Shown in pieces: positions 1 to 13,880 of a stretch of DNA of 64,000 nucleotides. Numbering within the stretch: the stretch's first letter is position 1; every line of letters starts with the position of its first letter. The stretch covers positions 62,001 through 126,000 of the forward strand of contig RSEE01000123.1 of assembly GCA_003971905.1 (NCBI GenBank), written 5' to 3'. The stretch is from Moniliella sp. 'wahieum'. Its lineage: Eukaryota. Both the position numbers and the translations under genes were made by a program. The notes under the pieces were generated by a model that saw only the letters and a list, made by a program, of their open reading frames with translations, did not search any database and was not told where the DNA came from.

Positions 1-3000
1 CACTCGAGTTGATGGAGTCTTTGCATGTGCGCCAAAACGTGCGTTGTTGTGTGATGGCGGCAAAGGCTTATCTGGAAAATGGTCAATCATAGTGATCTCT
101 TTTCGGCTCCACCGCCTTCTCGTCTTGTTCGCATCCACACTCGACAGCCCCAAACAGCCCAGGCTTTTCGCAGGCCGGTTGGAACGGAGTAACACACCTC
201 GGGTCATTCATGCAAACGAGACCTGTGCGCACTATGCAAATCGTTGGTTCTCATGCACGAAGAAAAAAGAGCTTTTGTAGGCGGACCCACTGCACGCTAT
301 GCACTGCAGTACAGAGAAGCCAGAAATGAGGCAAAAGATGGCTGCGCTTCGTGCCGATAACCTTTCCTATTGATAGGTTGATACGAGATACGTGCTGCGA
401 TCGCGCTCTTCGCACTGCATTTCAGCGTCTCCAGCCGACTCCGAGACGCCAACAGGACACGTATACCCTTGGATGAAGCCGTGTCGTATGCATTTTTGGG
501 AACAAGGTGTGTGGGTATGGGTGTGAGTGTGCACGTTCTTGAATCTGGCGACCGGGTTTTGCCCATGCGAGAGAGAGTGTTAAACGTCGGAAGAGTATAC
601 GCATGATTTTCATTCAGATCCGATTGGTCTCATCCGTCAAACGGCCTCTGCCACTTCACACGGTAGTCGGCATCGTACGCTTGAACTTGCTCCCCATTGC
701 GGTTCCTTGCCTGTCACCAGGATCGATCCATGGAAACGACTGCACATTCCTACCACGAAGTAATGGGGTGCCCCACAGCTGGACCATCGATTGTGGAATA
801 TTGCCGCGAAAAGCGCGTGTGAATTGGCTGGCTCCTCATGTGAATGCATGCGATCAAGATGGACTACGTAAGGGGATAGGTGGAAGCACTTGACTCGGGA
901 ACGGTTAGCGAAAAAGATTGGAATCGAGGGCAGGGTTGGAGCCCAAATTGAATTGATTCGCCCGGGAGCTCTTCGAGACACGTATCCGTTCTGTGATAGA
1001 GACGAGAATCATGTAGTAGCCAGCGCCAACGTACCAGCCAATCTCTGGCACCTGTCTTGGACGCTCACAGTTATATGCTCAACCGCATTGGGATCCGTCA
1101 TACTCGATAGATAGCTTATACGTCCCCAAGGATAACTATACAAAACTGTGAGGCGAGAACCTACCCCCCGACACCCTTCGAATATATTTCGCGCCACAAA
1201 CGCTCTCGCGTTGAGTCGTATGTGGTTTTCTCTCCAGGTGTGGGGGTGGTTTGTGTGTAGCGACGCAAGTAATCGCTGCGAGGAGGCTGGCTCCGGGGAG
1301 GCAGCAGGAACCGAGGGCGTGCTTGTAAGGGGAACGGGGGCTCCGCCTGGAGCCAGGATCAGCGCCTCGAGCGGGCGATCGGTAGGCCATTGTTGAAGCG
1401 CAATCTTGGATTCGCCATTCTCGGCGGCGAATTGCTCACCGCCCCGTTGAGACGGACGAGGTCCCTGAGCTGGTTGATTGTGAGGAAGTCGAGGAGCGAG
1501 GGTCGGTTGGGGCATAGCGATTCTTTTTTGTTGTTGGAGGGAGCGATGGGGTCGATGGTGCGAGACCTCTGAGGGGGCTTATACTCGATAACTCTCTGTA
1601 GCTACGCAAGTATACCAGAACGCAAGCGAGACACAACAGTCTCTACGATGCAGACAGCGAATACAGCGGAGAGAGAGAGAGAGGAGTATCGAGTATAAGC
1701 GGGAGCGGGATACCGGTGGTGGTAGGGCAAATACAGGAGTTGCTACTATAAGAAGAAAAGAAACCTTCTGAGTAGGTAAGCTAACTGAAGAAGATCGAAG
1801 ACCTAACCAGCCACGGGGCAACATGGGGATCAATAGCAGTGTTTGCGAAGTTATAGTACTTGACCTCAATCGACGCACAAGAGTGATACCCATTGCATCT
1901 ACGAGTAGCATGGGGTTGCAGTACCCCGTCTCACTGTAATATTTGGCTTGGCATTGGAGAGAGAAACATAGGATCAAACGTGGGCATATGCCCTGCTTTC
2001 GTCAATGGCCGCTACCAGAGGTCCGCTCATCAGGACTCTTCTCCCTTTTGATAGTTTTTGGTGGCAATCCTCATGTTTGCCATACATGGTGCCCCATGCC
2101 AAACCTATATCAAACCCATACTAAACCATACCAAACCGTACCAAAATCACCAGATCTCTCAAGAAACCCTCATAGAGAACCCCTCCTCTTCAAGAAACAT
2201 AATCAACAACATATCTACGAGAAACCGTCATCACTTACCAAATCCAGTCTCGGGGATCCCGTGTGATGCTCGTCGATACAGGTTAAGGGTAATACCCAAA
2301 GCCAGTGTGCTGTTCGTCCATGTTTGAAAAAACTGCACGAGAGTGGTGTCATCCTTCATGGTTAGGACCTACATCGTCGTACCACCCTGTGCAATTCGAT
2401 TCGAGGAGACCTTCCCGACCCTCTTTCGTAACCCGCAGTGGGCGTTGATATCCAAGCCCTGGCCCGGCATTGACAACTGTGCACATCTTGGTCGATATAT
2501 TCCTGGTCAAAGACAACAACACACTCTGATGGTCATTGTTGATGCTTCACATCAAAACTGGGGAGACGGCTAAAAACGGACCGTGTAACATAGGTTGTAC
2601 TTGTTGGGTCTTCTACGCCCCAAAAACGCAACGTTATTTGATTGGTTTAATCGGCAACAAGAAGTGACATGGTCATGACAGTACACACGCCAGAAGGAAG
2701 AACTTGATGGTAGACGCAGCGTTTTTTTGTTGATCGATCTCTTCTGTGGAGCGTTGGAGAGGGTATAGTGCTAGCGTTCCCCTGCACGGCCCTCGAGTTG
2801 ATCGTGAAGGCTGTTTTGGAGCGGATCCCGTAGGATCCCCACGTGCTCCGAGTCGGATATGCTAGTCTCAATATACGGGTCTTTGGGTATGTGGAAAATA
2901 GTATCAGTGCAGTGTCCTTTCGGTCATGGCAGGGTGTTGTATGCAATGGGTCTTGTCCAATACGGTCCTCTTATAGGTAACCAGACAAACCTTCTGCTTC

Positions 3001-5708
3001 CCCTGTCGTACTTCATGCCACTCGCAACTCGCCTGACCCTTACATTTGCACTGTAGTACTAGAGAGAGAAGAAAAGAACAGGATCCGCGATCTCTCTTTC
3101 TTCTCTCGTAGAGCAACTGCGAGCTGCTATTAGCAACTTCTCCTAAGGCACTTTTCCGACGTGCACAATCATCTTTGATCACTTAGAAGGGGATGAAGGT
3201 ATAATGACACCGAGGACGGTTACCCTGGTTATGCCTTCTGTTGAGCCACCGGGTGGTTCGTTCGTTTAGTCAACGTCCCTTCCGTCCTCCTCAGGGCTTC
3301 TCAGCCTGAGCCTCAGGCCCCAGGTAGGGTTAGGACGTTCCTTGTTTGCTCGCTTCTGTTTCCTTTTGTTCCGCAGTTATGGGCCCCCCCGGTGGCAAAG
3401 TAGCTGCTCAATTCCCCTCTCTGTTTGTAGTTACTCTAATACTATAGGCGCGTTGTTCCTGGCCTAGACGACGACCACCGCCTTCACCCCACTAGTGCAA
3501 TTGCATCCTCCTCAAAAGGACCATCAGGTACATCACGTCTCTGGGCCTCAAGACTCCAACGGCTCAGCGCTCATCGACATCATCTTCGTTTCCTGTTCTC
3601 AGATCTCAACGTTCAACTTATTATGTTAATGCTTTCAACGTCATCACGTCATCATGTCGTTCATAGTATCACACAACTCTTCAATGCGTATGGATGGCCA
3701 AAGAGCCGCATTCTCTATGAAAGGGAGCAGGGATGATCGATGATGGTGGATGTATTCCAGAAGAGGAGCCCGTCAGGGGCAGAACATAAGGAGAGTCGGA
3801 TAACAGAGTGTGGAAGGAATGTGATTGTCAGATCTGCTTACGCGCTGAATCCTCGCCATCTTCCTATCGGGAAAACCAACTCCGGGTGGCAAACTGTCTC
3901 ACTCTCATCATTATGCTCGGTATGGTGTAAGCGACGCCTATGATGTATGAAGAAAGCGGCCGACAGTGGTCGAGGCTACGGCCTGAACAAGCTGGAAGTT
4001 TGAGTTTTAACCTGAAGCGTGCAGGGCGGATACGTCCAAGTGTCGATGTGGGGATACTGATTTGTGCTATGCGCACATGTATGTCCAGGTTGAGCCGTTG
4101 TTAGTTGGTAGGGCCCGCACGTTAGATAGGATGGTGGGTGGAGGTGCGGGGGTAGGGGTGGGGGGTGGAGGGGGGCTCGTGTGTGGCATGGAGATCCAGG
4201 TGTCATTCATGTCATTGAAGCGGAGGCCTGAACAGAGGTTTTCCGTATGTATGGTGCGGGATTACGGATGGTTGATGACCTGGAGGCGCGATCCGCTGCA
4301 CATATTGATGCAGTTGGGACGTTGGACGTTTTGGACGTTGAGCGAGTGGGCGCTAAGCGGCTGAGCCATTTGAAGGTTAAGTACGTTGAACCTGGACAGA
4401 GCGGTGTGGAGAGAAGGCGAGAAGACGTTCCATCTGTGGAATGGGGGTTTGTGATTAGGCAGGCACGTTATACCTCTCGGCCGGAGGGTGTGGGAGAAGC
4501 TTTGTTTAAAGCTGACATGTGGACAGACCTTGCAGCGGCACTGCTCTGTGGCCAAGAGGTCTCTGAGTCGTCGCCATGACGTCACGGTGCCGGGTCCGTG
4601 CCTTGTGGGGGGGGAGCCCTGGGGAGCTTGGTTTTTGGTTTTTGTTTCGGGCGCACGCCGCGCAAGGGGAAGAGGAGGGTAAGAGAAGACTACGAAGAGA
4701 AGAGGATAGCTGAGCGGGGGATTAGACCCTAGACGGGACACTTGACGGGACTGCGGCGAAGAAAAGAAGAAGGGAAAGGGACGCGCTGCTCAGCCTGAGC
4801 GCTGAGCCGCTCATGCACTCATGTTTATGCATGTTTTCGGACCGATATTATGGACACAAACAAGAGCCGAGAGGCCTTGTCTGTTCCACGTACCAGCCGC
4901 GATCTCAGGCTCAGACAGGATGCCTGAGACAGAGAAAAGCCCTGGCCAAAGGGGCGGCCGAGTCCGTTGGGTACGTTGCGGGATGAGGCTGGCCTGACGC
5001 CTGCGGCTTGATGAGCCCTGGGGCCTGGGATAATCTAACGATCGAGAGAAAAGTGAGATCATCAACCATGGTGACCGGTGACCTGGACTGGCCGGTCCCA
5101 GTTCGTGGGGCGACGAGAGAGAGAACGGGAACTGGGGACGGGCCCCGCGAGCAGTGCTTTGCTGTGCGGGTGCGGTGCGGTGCGGTGCGATGCAGTGCAT
5201 GCCCCGTAGCGCGTAGGGTGGCGTAACGCGACCGGGCCCCGGTAATCCGCCTGAAGCTTTAAACCTCGGCCGGACCGGGGGAGAGTGGGCAGGTGCGTAT
5301 CACGTGCGTCACAGCATCCGCAAAAAGAACGCCCGCCCGCGGCGTTGTTTACATGTTGCAGCCAGACACACTCTAGGCGGTCGGAGCTGGTAGGCGGCAG
5401 CAGTACGCCGTGGGCGGGATGTGGGCACGGTATGGACTGGGTGCGGGCACGCTGCTCTGCTTTGGGGCGATATGATACACATGGGACAGGCGGTGGTGTG
5501 GATAGAACGAGCACATTGCCCGGGTGCTGTGGGCGTCGCGAGAGGGTTACATCACCGTAGACTACTAACCGGGAAGATGGGGCGGCAGATATCTTTTCAA
5601 ACCGACCACTGCCTCCGCTTCCCATTCTCCCCTCCTCTCCTCCTACTTCTTGCCTCCATTGGCAGATAACACACCCACCACATAAACATCATTACGGTTA
5701 TCCACCCA

Positions 5709-7214
5709 TGGATGCCATGCCCCCTGCTGCCCCTGCCTGCGACTTGGTCCTGTCGCCCTTCTGGTCGGATCCTGCCCAACTCGCTCCTTCCTTAATTCTA
5801 GCCCCCCCGCCCCCCACATCGGCTGCCCCTGTCCACGGCGTCCATCCCATCAGTCACTCCATCCGTCACCCCATCCGCCCCCTCCTCCCGGCCTCTTCAC
5901 CCGGCGATCGTCCTCCCTTCCAATGATCTACCCACGGTGCCCCACCTTCCCAACCTTCATGGTCCGCCCACATTTTCCACGAGCCTTGCACCTTTCAAGG
6001 CCGTCGCCGCCGAGACAGCTGTATCTGCCCCACCGCTCTGGGCCATCGCCATGCCCTGCTTCCCACGCCACCGCCATATGGGATGATGGGTAGCCCGCCC
6101 CCTGTCTTTCCGTCGACAGTCGATACGTCCTTACCGCCGAAAAACGCCCCGCAGGGCAACCTGACTTCCGCTTTCCGTACCCCTTCTTCGGCCAGCACTG
6201 CGCGCTTCCCATCAACTGGTGTCACGGCCCCGCTTCAACCAGGTTCCCTTGTTGGGTGCCGATTGAATTGGTGTGATATGATCTGCCAGACAATCGCCGA
6301 AGTGGCAGATGCCAAGTTGGTCGTCCAGGATCTCTTCCTCCGCATGTGCAACAACTTTCCCGAGATTTACCAATGGGCTCATGGGAAAAGCTGGGAGGTA
6401 GGTCTTCTTTCATTTCCATTCTAGTCCCTTGTGTTGCTTTGGTTTCCATCATGTGTACAAGTTTTGGCCTTTTGCCTCTAACTCCATCCCTGTGTGTTTG
6501 TTTTTATATCTCTCTGCAGGGAAAAGTAAAGAACCGTATCAAGTCTACCCTCTCAATCAAAACCCATATTTTCATCAAGATTGCTCGTCCCGCTGCCATG
6601 CCGGGTAAGGGCTCTTGGTGGGGCCTCACGCCCGAGGTGTTGGCGAAATGGAGGACAGGGAAAAAGGCTACCGTCATCCGCACCGTGCCCGCTCCATCGC
6701 ACTCTCGCACCTCCTCCCGTTCATCCGTGACGAGCCATACAGCTGGCGCTGGCGGTCACTCTCGTCGCCCTGCCAAATCCTTACCCAACGTTTACTCGGA
6801 TGCTAGCCCTACCGTGCCAGAGAATGCTTATATGGGCCTCGGATTCCAGCCAATTTTGCGCCCCATTCCACCGTTGGCGTACCGCCGGCCAAGCCCGCAC
6901 CCCTTCGACATACTTCTTTGCCTGGCAATAACATCTACTCCAGCAACGGATCCGTTTCGCTCGGTCCTTCTACCCCTCTCACCCCACTCACCGGGCTCAG
7001 CTCGGCCTCCTCGCCTTCCCTCAAGATCAGTCTATGTTCCTCTCCCAGCCTTCTCTCCCCGGCGTTGGGCCCGACCAGCTTGTCTCCCCAGACTGAACAC
7101 TCGCCGTTGTCCACGCCCACGACTCCAGCGGAAACCGAGCTGGGAACGGTCACAGTAGGAGCGTCACGGGACCTGTGGACCCACCTGGCTCGACAATTCA
7201 ACTGGATGGCCTAG
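5709..7214 (+). CDS. Forkhead (winged-helix) transcription factor, divergent; boundaries approximate, frameshifted
   Basis: Splicing intron 6398-6519 (GTAGGT...CTAAC...CTGCAG) joins ORF 6083-6424 to ORF 6346-7158 in frame, giving WCDMICQTIAEVADAKLVVQDLFLRMCNNFPEIYQWAHGKSWE|GKVKNRIKSTLSIKTHIFIKIARPAAMPGKGSWWGL. This aligns with the forkhead consensus (...I..AI....L.L.EIY..I...FPY...W.NSIRHNLSL...F.KV.R....PGKGS.W.L). Flanks are Pro/Ser-rich. Confidence 0.85.
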
Positions 7215-8230
7215 CTCAACCTTGGTCAAAGCCTATGTGAGCACTCCCACCTCCTCCCTTCTCCTTCCCTTTGTTCCCGTCACCAACAGGCGCTGATGCT
7301 CTCTGGCTGGATCTTTGTGGTTCTGTCCTCCTGCAGGGACGATGATGCATTGGGACAATTCGTAGGATTCCCCCGCCACCTCCCTTGACCTAGAGCTCAA
7401 ACCTGCTCCCTTTGCCTTGACTGAGAGCGGCGGGGAGGGCCTGGCTGCCCCCTTCACTTTTAATAGGCCATTCGACCTGAGCATGACTGTGATTCGTCAT
7501 CGACCATCCTTATTCGCCGCATCCTTTCTCTCACGGTAAAAGTTATCCACTGCGGGTCTCCCGACCCGCTCTCCCCCTTTCTACTATTGGTACCGTATGG
7601 AGCAGACGCTCCCGGGGCCTTGGCCTTCTCTCTTCTGTCTGCTACGCTGGGGTTCCTTTCTTTATGGAATGCTGCAATGACCCACTCCAACTGCATTCTG
7701 CTCCCTCCCTCGTGGTGCGTCTTACATCGGAGCACGTTTGTTCGCCTTTCCAGTTTTCCGCAAAGCCCCTCCCCCCCTCCTGTTTCCCCCGCTGCCCGTA
7801 CAGTTCCACTGCGCGTTTATATTTCCATTTCTTCCTTTGCTTCACTACCTGTGTACACATGTTCACATGTCACGTCGCGTCTCTGTCCTCTGTTGAACTC
7901 GCCGGCCCTACCGCCCTCTTACCTCCTGTCCATGTGCCCGATGTTTCTTTTTATCTACTGCGTTCTCCCTATGTGCGCAATTGGGAAGATACGTTGGATT
8001 CGCTATGCCACACGTACCCGAGTGGGTACTGAGTGGTGCCACATGTCACACCGGAAAACATGGGGGTAGGGGCGTGTGGTTGCACCGGTACCCCCCCATC
8101 CCCGTTTTCATTGGTGTATTCCTTGTTGCCATCATTATTCCTTTCTTCCTATAACTGCGAGAGGCCTGCAATATTATGTAGCCTCTGTCGCCTTGCGTTA
8201 GTAGCTTGAAGCTCAAAATCTTTCGCTCGA

Positions 8231-8345
8231 TCATCGATCACATATCATAGGTCACCGGTCACCGGCCAGCGGTCGTGTGTCACATGTCGCATGTCACATG
8301 CAATGGTCACACGTCACAAGTCACATGTCACACGGTCACACGTCG
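8231..8345. repeat. Period-7 TCA-NNNN array
   Basis: TCA TCGA TCA CATA TCA TAGG TCA CCGG TCA CCGG CCA GCGG TCG TGTG TCA CATG TCG CATG TCA CATG ... TCA CACG TCA CAAG TCA CATG TCA, read directly. Confidence 0.9.
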
Positions 8346-8434
8346 CCCCCTAACACTGTTCGCCGAAGATAGCCGAGGACTGCAGTGGCACTCGGTTCTG
8401 AGCCACTGATCCAATTAATCCAATGTACATTGCG

Positions 8435-8490
8435 CGGTGGCCCCGTTCCGGTGGCCCCGTTCCGGTGGCCCCGTTCCGGTGGCCCCGTTC
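8435..8490. repeat. Minisatellite, 4 x CGGTGGCCCCGTTC
   Basis: Four perfect 14-bp tandem copies. Confidence 0.95.
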
Positions 8491-10931
8491 CGCCTCTGTT
8501 CCGCCCCTCCTTGTTGCGCCTCCGGGCTGCCTTCCTCTGATTGCATCCCCACCACTTCTGTCCCTGCCTTGCTCGCCTCCCACGTGGGGACGAGAGCGGC
8601 ATTCGAGCCCACGCCACGGAGGACTGCGAAGACGGGAGAGGGCCAGGAGAGCTGGTCGCGGTGATGAAGCAGTGAACGATTGATCACGGACTGGCCGTTG
8701 TCCATTAGATCTTAGACCTTTTCGATGTGGATTATACCTGAGAGCTTTTTTCGCGCGCAAAGTGTAGGGCGAGAAGAGGGATATTATTGGGGTGCAAAAC
8801 CTATTTACTTCAATTTATATACCTAGCGGATAGCCTGAGCCCCCTCCATTCTCCCCTATCTCCCCTTTGGGAGATGCCCGTCATGATGGGTACATCAATA
8901 TGGCTGCTTTCACCACCGCGCTTGTCGACTATTGTGCGAGAATTAAGTGGAGGTGGGGATCCTATTGAACCCACAGCAGGCAACTATAGACATAGTATGT
9001 CGTTAGTATGTAGGCCATAGGAAAACGGCTGATGGAGGGCCTGTGGTCTAACAAAACAGGGCGGTAAGCAGAGCCTACGGAGGGGCATCCAACTCAATTC
9101 GTGCTTTAGTTATAGGGGTTGGTGGAACGGAGAGGATTAGCAATGGAGGCGAGCCACAGCCTGAAGGACTCGGACACAAAAAGGAGGCTATGTGTGGTTG
9201 CGTCCCAGAAAGTGTTATACATGAGACCTGAGAAGACAACGCCTGTGGAATGTCGGGTAATGAAGCTGCATCAACTCTGTTGGAGCAAGTGCACTGCTTC
9301 AAAAACACCACAACACGATCACAGGAGAGCACTCAAGAAACCTTTCCTCCTCTTTTGGTCATGACAACGCGCGGGCACCATCTCACCAAGACGGTCAGCA
9401 AGACCTTTCAGCAATGGAAGCGATTTACTGAAGAACCCATTGGAGAAACGGTTCAACGTTCATCGCTCACGCATGTCTGCCACATCTCTCCTTCGTATAT
9501 CAGCTTTGCTGCTAACAACCCGTTTTTAGAGGAATTGGGGAGGGGGGGAGCCACAGGGTGTTGTGAAACGACCTGCTGGCAACTCTAATGGGCATGAGCA
9601 AACAGCACACGCTGATGAATGCACGAGCTTCTGATAGACCCAGCATTTCTTTGTGCCGGCCTTGCGCTCTGCAAATGCTATTGAATACAGATTTGAGGGT
9701 GACATTGGTGGCGGATGTGTAGGCTTTGAGGATGAGGTAGATGAGGGAGAGTTTTATGAAACGGTGCGTGGACAGAAAAAACTATAGTTTGCATAATATG
9801 GCGCCGAGAATTGTCACGGGCCTATAACTAGTGGTGTTGATGAGATAGGCTGGCATAGTGATGCTATTCTAGTGATAAAAGGGAAGTTAGGCGTGTGTTG
9901 TGAGAGGCCCGCGGAAGCAGGAAGTTGATGGGAAAGAGGCCTCTGGAATTCGACGACCCGATTCACTCTGGGTGTCCTCTCGAACGACACATGCCACTGA
10001 AGACTGATCAGATGTGTGGGGCTCTGGGCCGCGGGTGGTCATCAAAACAATGGTATAGTCGTTTTGGTGATGAATGGTCACGATGCCGCTCTCCGTCCCT
10101 TCAGATGGCGGGTTAGTTCACCTTCTCACAGATGAACTTGGTTTTGCGTCAATAATATAGCACGGGTATACTCTTCTATTCGTAGTGTTTTGCCCTCTCT
10201 CTCACCGGCGATGTGAAGTGTTGGTGATTGTTTCCTCGTCGGAAACAAGCGCGTATATGGGCGATGCTGAAAGGGCGGGGGGTACCAGAGTCTGCTACTC
10301 AGCTCACCATGGATGGCAGTCGGCCACTGGGCAGAGCAGCAACAGAATAACCGTCTAATAACCGCAGCCTTTTGTAGTTTTGGCACAGAAGGGCATCAGC
10401 ACCGCGTCGGTGCACACGCCACTTTGGCGGGGCGAGATGTGCCGGCAGGAGGCCAGTGTAGCCACGCTGGGCAAAGCGCCTGTCGAGGCAGCACACAGGT
10501 GCCATGCGTGCCGTATGGGGAGTGCCCCACGCTGCGCAGCACAGCGCCACTGAGCTCATCCCTGGGCCCAAGCAGGCACAACGCACGGCCCCCGTAGTCT
10601 ATATCTCTGGTGTTGGCAGCCTCGATGTTGGCACGCTCACAAGCGCTATTTTGCCATGGCTGCTTCTACGATGAACCTGCTCTGCCCTCCTGCCTCTACG
10701 CCACCGGCCCCCAGTCTTGGCTATACCTGAATAAATACCCTTCTCGTTTATTGGCCCATCTCTTCCTCGTCCTCTTCGGCTCTATACCTCCACCTCATAT
10801 CTGTTGTGCTCTGCTACTTCCCGCCCACAATCCACCCACACTTGGTGATTATACTCATCTCGCTGTACGTTTCTCCCCCTCCGCCCCTGCCGCTCCTCCT
10901 ATAACTCACCCCTCCCCTCCCCCTCCGGCAG

Positions 10932-11704
10932 ATGTCTTTTGCACCCGAGAGGGCTGCCAACCCCGCGGCACCCATCGCCACCGAGGGTATGGGCCTCACT
11001 GAACCGACTTCCGAGGTGGCTGCCGCCCCGAAACAGTTACTGCCGGCTTTGCTCCTCCCGAGACCCCCAATATGACGTCAAAGGGCGATGCAGCTACCAA
11101 AGAAGAAACTCCCAGTCGTCCGAAGAGTCCCCAAAGAAGGAAGGTACGCCAGCCAAGGAGTCGACGGAGAAAAACCCGACCACGTGCAGAACAGACGCTC
11201 TTCCTTCCTCCACCATCTGCTTTCCCCCCTTTCCCAGAAGAAAAAGGCCGAGTCACCGCTGCCCAAGAAGGAGGAGGCTCCCGACAGAGGAGGCAGTGGC
11301 GCCTGTCTCCAGTGTGGAGACTCCTGCTGCGGACGCACCCAAGGGGGGGAGGCACCCAAAGCCGACGAGTCGTCCACAGAGGAAAAGCCCCCCGAGAAGG
11401 GAGCCACGGTTTCGGAGGAGGCAAAGGGTGATGCGCCCCCTCCTGAAAAGGAGAAGGTAGGTCGACGCCTGAGCATCAAGGGAACAAGGTGCGCACCTCG
11501 TTTTTTGAGCGCACCAAGAAAGCCATTGAAGAGACAGCAGACAAGCTCGAGCCGCACCCGAAAAGACTCATGTGCCCGCTACTGCCAATGTGCATGGCGA
11601 GAAGGCGGCTGAGACGAAACCTGTACAACAGCTGAGGCTCCCGCTCAGGTTTCGCCGGAGCCTGCCAAGTCGACCGAGGTTGCCGCCCTATGGCAACGGT
11701 CTAA
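10932..11704 (+). CDS. Hypothetical low-complexity (Glu/Lys/Pro/Ala-rich) protein, frameshifted
   Basis: ATG follows a CT-rich leader. Overlapping ORF pieces share composition (KEETPSRPKSP, RRSSFLHHLLSPLSQKKKAESP, KVGRRLSIKG). TAA at 11702-11704. No recognisable domain. Confidence 0.4.
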
Positions 11705-13856
11705 CGCAGTTGGAATGGGCCCTACCCCGCGCTCCCGTATATAACCCGTCGGCTCTTTTTACACTCTTGGCCCCACGTTGGAAGCAATGCCATACCGCCG
11801 ACAAGTCGCTTTTGCCTGGACGTTTGGGTGAACGTTCCCTTCCCCACGGCTCTTAGGTCCGTATCCCGACTTTGCCTGGATCTCCCCCTTTCTTGTTCCT
11901 CCCCCCTGGTACCCCTCTATTTCCAGGGCGGTGTATGCACCCTACAATAACCCAAGACGTCTGTTGATGCACTGAGGTATCCAACACCGTCTAATCCCTG
12001 TTCCCAGTGCTCCCAGTCCCCCCCCCCCTGTTTTGTTTGTAGTCTGGCCTGCTGGTGTGGCCATGACGGTCGTGTTCTGTTTTGCGTCTCGATTGTTGTT
12101 TCCCCCGTTGTTTTTGTGCCTGGTGATTGGCAAACGGTATGTGTATCTACGCCAATATTTCTAGTACTTGTACGATAAGCCGAGACGATTCTGGGCTGAA
12201 GCAGTGTGCATGGGCAAACACTGTGTATGATGGGGAGTGTTTATAGCTGATGAGCCCTGTTTGGCCCTCATTCTCACCGGTTAACGGGCGGACCCCAACC
12301 CGAGGCCCCCATACCCCGGGGTTTTAGGGGTACACGGTACAGCCCGTTTGAGGTCCGAAGCGTCGACTCGCGACAGTTTCGTGCTTGCGGCGATTGAGAA
12401 TCATCCGAGAGCATAACCGGGACATATGGAGAGGCCTCTCGGCGTATAGAAGAGAGGCGGCACCTTGTGTGGCTAGGCTGCGTAGGCCCCGGAGGATTGA
12501 GTATAGTAGTGAGACGTGTCTCGAGCCGTCCGTATACTCGGGGACGGGAAAGAGACAGTGGAGAGCAATGCTAACCTGGCAGTGGCTTGGCACAGGGACC
12601 GGGACCGGTGCTAAAACGAGAATGAAGCGATTTTTGGACTTATGAAAGGCAGAGAGAAGAGGAGGTAGCCACCATAAAAGGAGGAGGTTCCTGTAGTAAC
12701 GCATATGAATTGACGAAGACATGAGGCAAATATATGCTGGTGGATAATGTAAGGGAAACCTACGATCCATTGCTTTTACAGACGGAGACGAAAGGGAAAT
12801 AATGCACTAGAGGCAGAAGACAGGGGGATAGACAAGCAGTGGACATCAGTCACCATCAGGGAGAGATCATTTCCATCAGGCGGGACTGAGGAACAAAAGG
12901 AAAAAAGTAGATTCGCAGCGCTCCGTCCCCAAAAGTAATGACAAACATGGGTAAGAACAAGTAAGAAAACAGGTACGAACAGGTACGAACAGAACATATA
13001 ACAAACGAAACCACGTTCCTCCGTCCACACGCGCTTCCTAGGGTACGGACCGGATGGCGAGAGCCGGAGGGTCCTGATAGTATCCTGGCAATCCCCCTGG
13101 TTCCTTGACCTTAGTGGCGCTTGCAAACAACCCCCGCAAGATGAACGGTTCGGTTTTAGACGTAGCGTTCCCCCTGTCCCAGCCTTAAGCTCTGTCAATG
13201 GAATGCACACAACAAACGAAGGGGGGGCGACGGTCGTCGCCAAGGATATGTAGGTCGATGACCACTCGGGCCACCGGACAGAATTGACCACTTCACCACG
13301 GGGCTTGGTGGGGCTTGAGAGCAAGCTCTGGTAAGACTGGATAAAGATCGATCCGCAGAGGCGCGAGTAACAAAAGGACAGAAACACGAAATAAGGACGG
13401 TAGGAGGAAGGGTGTCCCGGCGGCAGTTGCTGTCACGGGAACTCTGACGAGAAAGATGAGAAAAAGAGGGGGCGCACAACATTCCGACCGACGGCGAACC
13501 GTGCGTCACTTGATCCAGATCCGTTTCAGATATCAAAAGAGAAGACATAGTATACTCTGGTAGGACATGCGCCTGCGTATATAATAGGTGTTTTTGAGCT
13601 GCGTTGAACATGACAGAGAAGGTTGAAAAAGGGGGGCTATTCATGCCATGTGAGTTTGCTCTGCTGGACCTGTTGGGTGGCATTGAATATTGATCGCATG
13701 GGATGCGATGGCCGCAACACATGGCACCGAATGTTGTTGGGCGGCGATGGTGGATCAGATATAGATATCCAAGGGCCACTATGGATGCTGTGAGAATAGG
13801 GAGACTTCGGTTTGCGCATTTGGGCGGTTCCGCGGAGCGCTTCCCTGGGATCGTTC

Positions 13857-13880
13857 TTAGATCTTAGATCTTAGATCTTA
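13857..13880. repeat. Period-7 array (TTA GATC)3 TTA
   Basis: Perfect tandem heptamer. Confidence 0.9.
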
